A DNA stretch of 64,000 bases from Eledone cirrhosa (lineage: Eukaryota), in NCBI GenBank assembly GCA_964016885.1, contig OZ024745.1, positions 62,992,001 to 63,056,000 of the forward strand. Reading direction: 5' to 3'. This document shows positions 60,917-64,000 of this stretch, piece after piece; the stretch's first letter is position 1, and each line of letters starts with the position of its first letter. The notes under the pieces were generated by a model. The model did not search any database. It had not been told where the DNA came from and was given only the letters and a program-made list of their open reading frames with translations. The position numbers and the translations under genes were made by a program.

Positions 60917-61331
60917 ATAATATAAGATCAAAAGATGGTTAAAGGAGTTCCATATATTTTATTATGCGCATTTCAAAAACAAACATCATCAAACAATAAT
61001 ATTTGTGTTTTCATCAGATAAAACAGGAGAACATGATATGAAGGCTAAAAAACACTTGTTGATAGTGCAGTTTTAAAACTGCAGTTTTAAAACTGCACTA
61101 TCAACAAGTGTTTTTTAGCCTTCATATCATGTTCTCCTGTTTTATCTGATGAAAACACAAATATTATTGTTTGATGATGTTTGTTTTTGAAATGCGCATA
61201 ATAAAATATATGGAACTCCTTTAACCATCTTTTGATCTTATATTATGCATACTCCAGTCCCACAAACTGTAGAGTGCTTCTTATCCGATGTCTGCATTGC
61301 TTTATTGTACTACAATAAAACTCACCTCCTA
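60917..61331 (+). mobile_element. Family-B module: 330-bp spacerless palindrome plus tail, in (TA)n
   Basis: 60917-61246 self-complementary about 61081/61082 with no mismatch seen; tail to ~61331. Confidence 0.9.
61140..61206 (+). ncRNA. Intact minimal hammerhead ribozyme; mirror copy at 60957-61023 (-)
   Basis: UUUUAU-CUGAUGA-AAACA...UGUUUuu-GAAA-UGCGCA-UA-AUAAAA. Confidence 0.85.
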
Positions 61332-61359
61332 CATATATATATATATATGTATGTATATA

Positions 61360-61398
<39 letters not shown>

Positions 61399-61418
61399 AT
61401 ATATATGTATATATATAT

Positions 61419-61508
<90 letters not shown>

Positions 61509-61603
61509 CATACATATATATATCGGTATGTATACATACACTTATATATATATGTATATAAATACATATATATATTATATATGTGTAAGTATGTAAAAGG
61601 GAA

Positions 61604-61655
<52 letters not shown>

Positions 61656-61917
61656 GAAAGGTATAAAAAGTATTGTAGCAAGAAGCCAACAGTATTCCAT
61701 GACATATAAGTGCCTATAGCGTCAAAATGGGAAAATAGTTAACGTAAGATGTGGGAAAAATAATTCAATCTCAATTCAAAAAGAATCAGGATATAGACTT
61801 ATCCAACAGAATTTAGTGAAATCCACGGAAAAATCAATAGAGCCTTAACTCATGATAAAATAAAGTTTAAAATACTCATTCTTCAATTTGGGACAACTAC
61901 AAATGCTCTGTATATAT

Positions 61918-62491
61918 ATGCAAGTATCGGTTTACCGAACATGTATTATATTGCTCGGTTTGTTTGTTTGTAAACAAACAAACAGCCCAAATTACGCCGT
62001 ACAGTGTTTAGGCAACCACGTCACCTTTTTGTTCAACACTGACACGGGAACGATGTGCTAGTTTCAAGCTTATTAGCCATCGTCAGCATCGTATACCTTC
62101 CTGCCAGATGGTTGAACGTCTGAAAGTATATACTTTCCTTTCGCATATTAACGGCTGAGCAGCCTAATTTGCATATCGAGTGAGTTCAGTCGGCCGGGCG
62201 CACCGAAAACGATAAATGGAATAGATTGAAACGAAATTTCATTTCTCACTCTTAGTACGACACTTACTTAAATGTAAGTATGTATGTATGTATATGTACA
62301 TACATATATGTATACAGACGTACAATAGTATGTATATATATACATACATGGACACATATATATATGCACGTATCGGTTTACCGAACATTTATTATAATGC
62401 TCGGTTTGTTTGTTTGTAAACAAACAAACAGCCCGAATTAAGTAAGTGCCCTGCTAAGAGTGAGAAATGAAATTTCGGTTCATTCTATTCC

Positions 62492-62497
<6 letters not shown>
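61918..62497 (-). mobile_element. Hammerhead module with a second, rearranged partial copy
   Basis: Direct repeat ~61918-61993 / ~62363-62440; inverted repeat ~62210-62271 / ~62438-62497; TA-rich flanks. Confidence 0.7.
62050..62092 (-). ncRNA. Minimal hammerhead with U16.1C change
   Basis: ACGAUG-CUGACGA-uGGCU(AAUA)AGCUu-GAAA-CUAG-CA-CAUCGU. Confidence 0.75.
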
Positions 62498-63418
<921 letters not shown>

Positions 63419-63429
63419 TATTTATTTAA

Positions 63430-64000
63430 TTATGCAGATGTGCACGTGTATGCGTACCTATCTCTGCCAGAGGGTTCTATGTGCTACAGGTAAAATATGT
63501 TTCTATATGTTACATATCTTCACCAGCATGGAAATATTCCAGAAGGTGGACGTGGGATCCATCTAACACCGTTTGAATTTTATTACCAAACCCTATAGTT
63601 TTTTAGTGATGGTGGTACTAATAATGTTAATGTTGTTTGTACGTTACTGGCAAATCCTCACAGGAAATTTTATCGTTCTTGTGTTAAAATATCTCTAGCA
63701 AAATGTAAATATGATTATTTCACATTGATGGGGGCAACATATTTGGATGAAGGGTAAACGCTTAGTTTCCTGCAAGTCTCTTTATTTGTGAGTTTCTAGG
63801 AGATCGATTACATTGATATAAGTTCGAAGAGCTTGCTGCAGTTATCACGTATCATTTTTTTCTGATTCAAGAACTTGACTGCCTGCATTGATGGCGCAAT
63901 TTTCTTCTAAGAAAATTCTAATTGTCACCAAAAATAACACGAAATTCGCCTGCAATGGTCACTTAAATTCTTAAAGAGGCATTATTTTGAAATCTTTTGA
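63430..64000 (-). pseudogene. Possible L1/Tx1-like ORF2 remnant
   Basis: KHILPVAHRTLWQR resembles the H..LPV...L motif before zf-RVT; weak. Confidence 0.25.

Overview
AT-rich, microsatellite-saturated animal DNA, intronic or intergenic. The SINE families and repeat content point to a coleoid cephalopod (octopus-like); this is an inference. I found no credible host protein-coding exon, and nearly all ORF-track entries are microsatellite translations. The window is a retroelement graveyard: about 15 copies of a tRNA-derived SINE, a second CORE-type SINE family, five R4/Dong-like (RLE) LINE fragments next to (AAT)n, RTE and L1/Tx1-like fragments, a decayed Penelope-like (PLE) reverse transcriptase at 44.8-45.6 kb, and a 200-N gap flanked by a probable false duplication. 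The main signal is more than ten short (150-900 bp) non-coding modules sitting in or against (TA)n tracts. Most carry a minimal type-I hammerhead ribozyme (CUGANGA...GAAA, palindromic stem III) and many are folded back into long inverted repeats of up to about 590 bp. They read as several families of TA-targeting, ribozyme-bearing PLE termini or non-autonomous elements. In one family, two copies share the same hairpin apex with the loop in opposite (flip/flop) orientation and with arms homogenised within each copy, which hints at a hairpin-primed copying step. All alignments and folds were done by eye; nothing was computed or searched.
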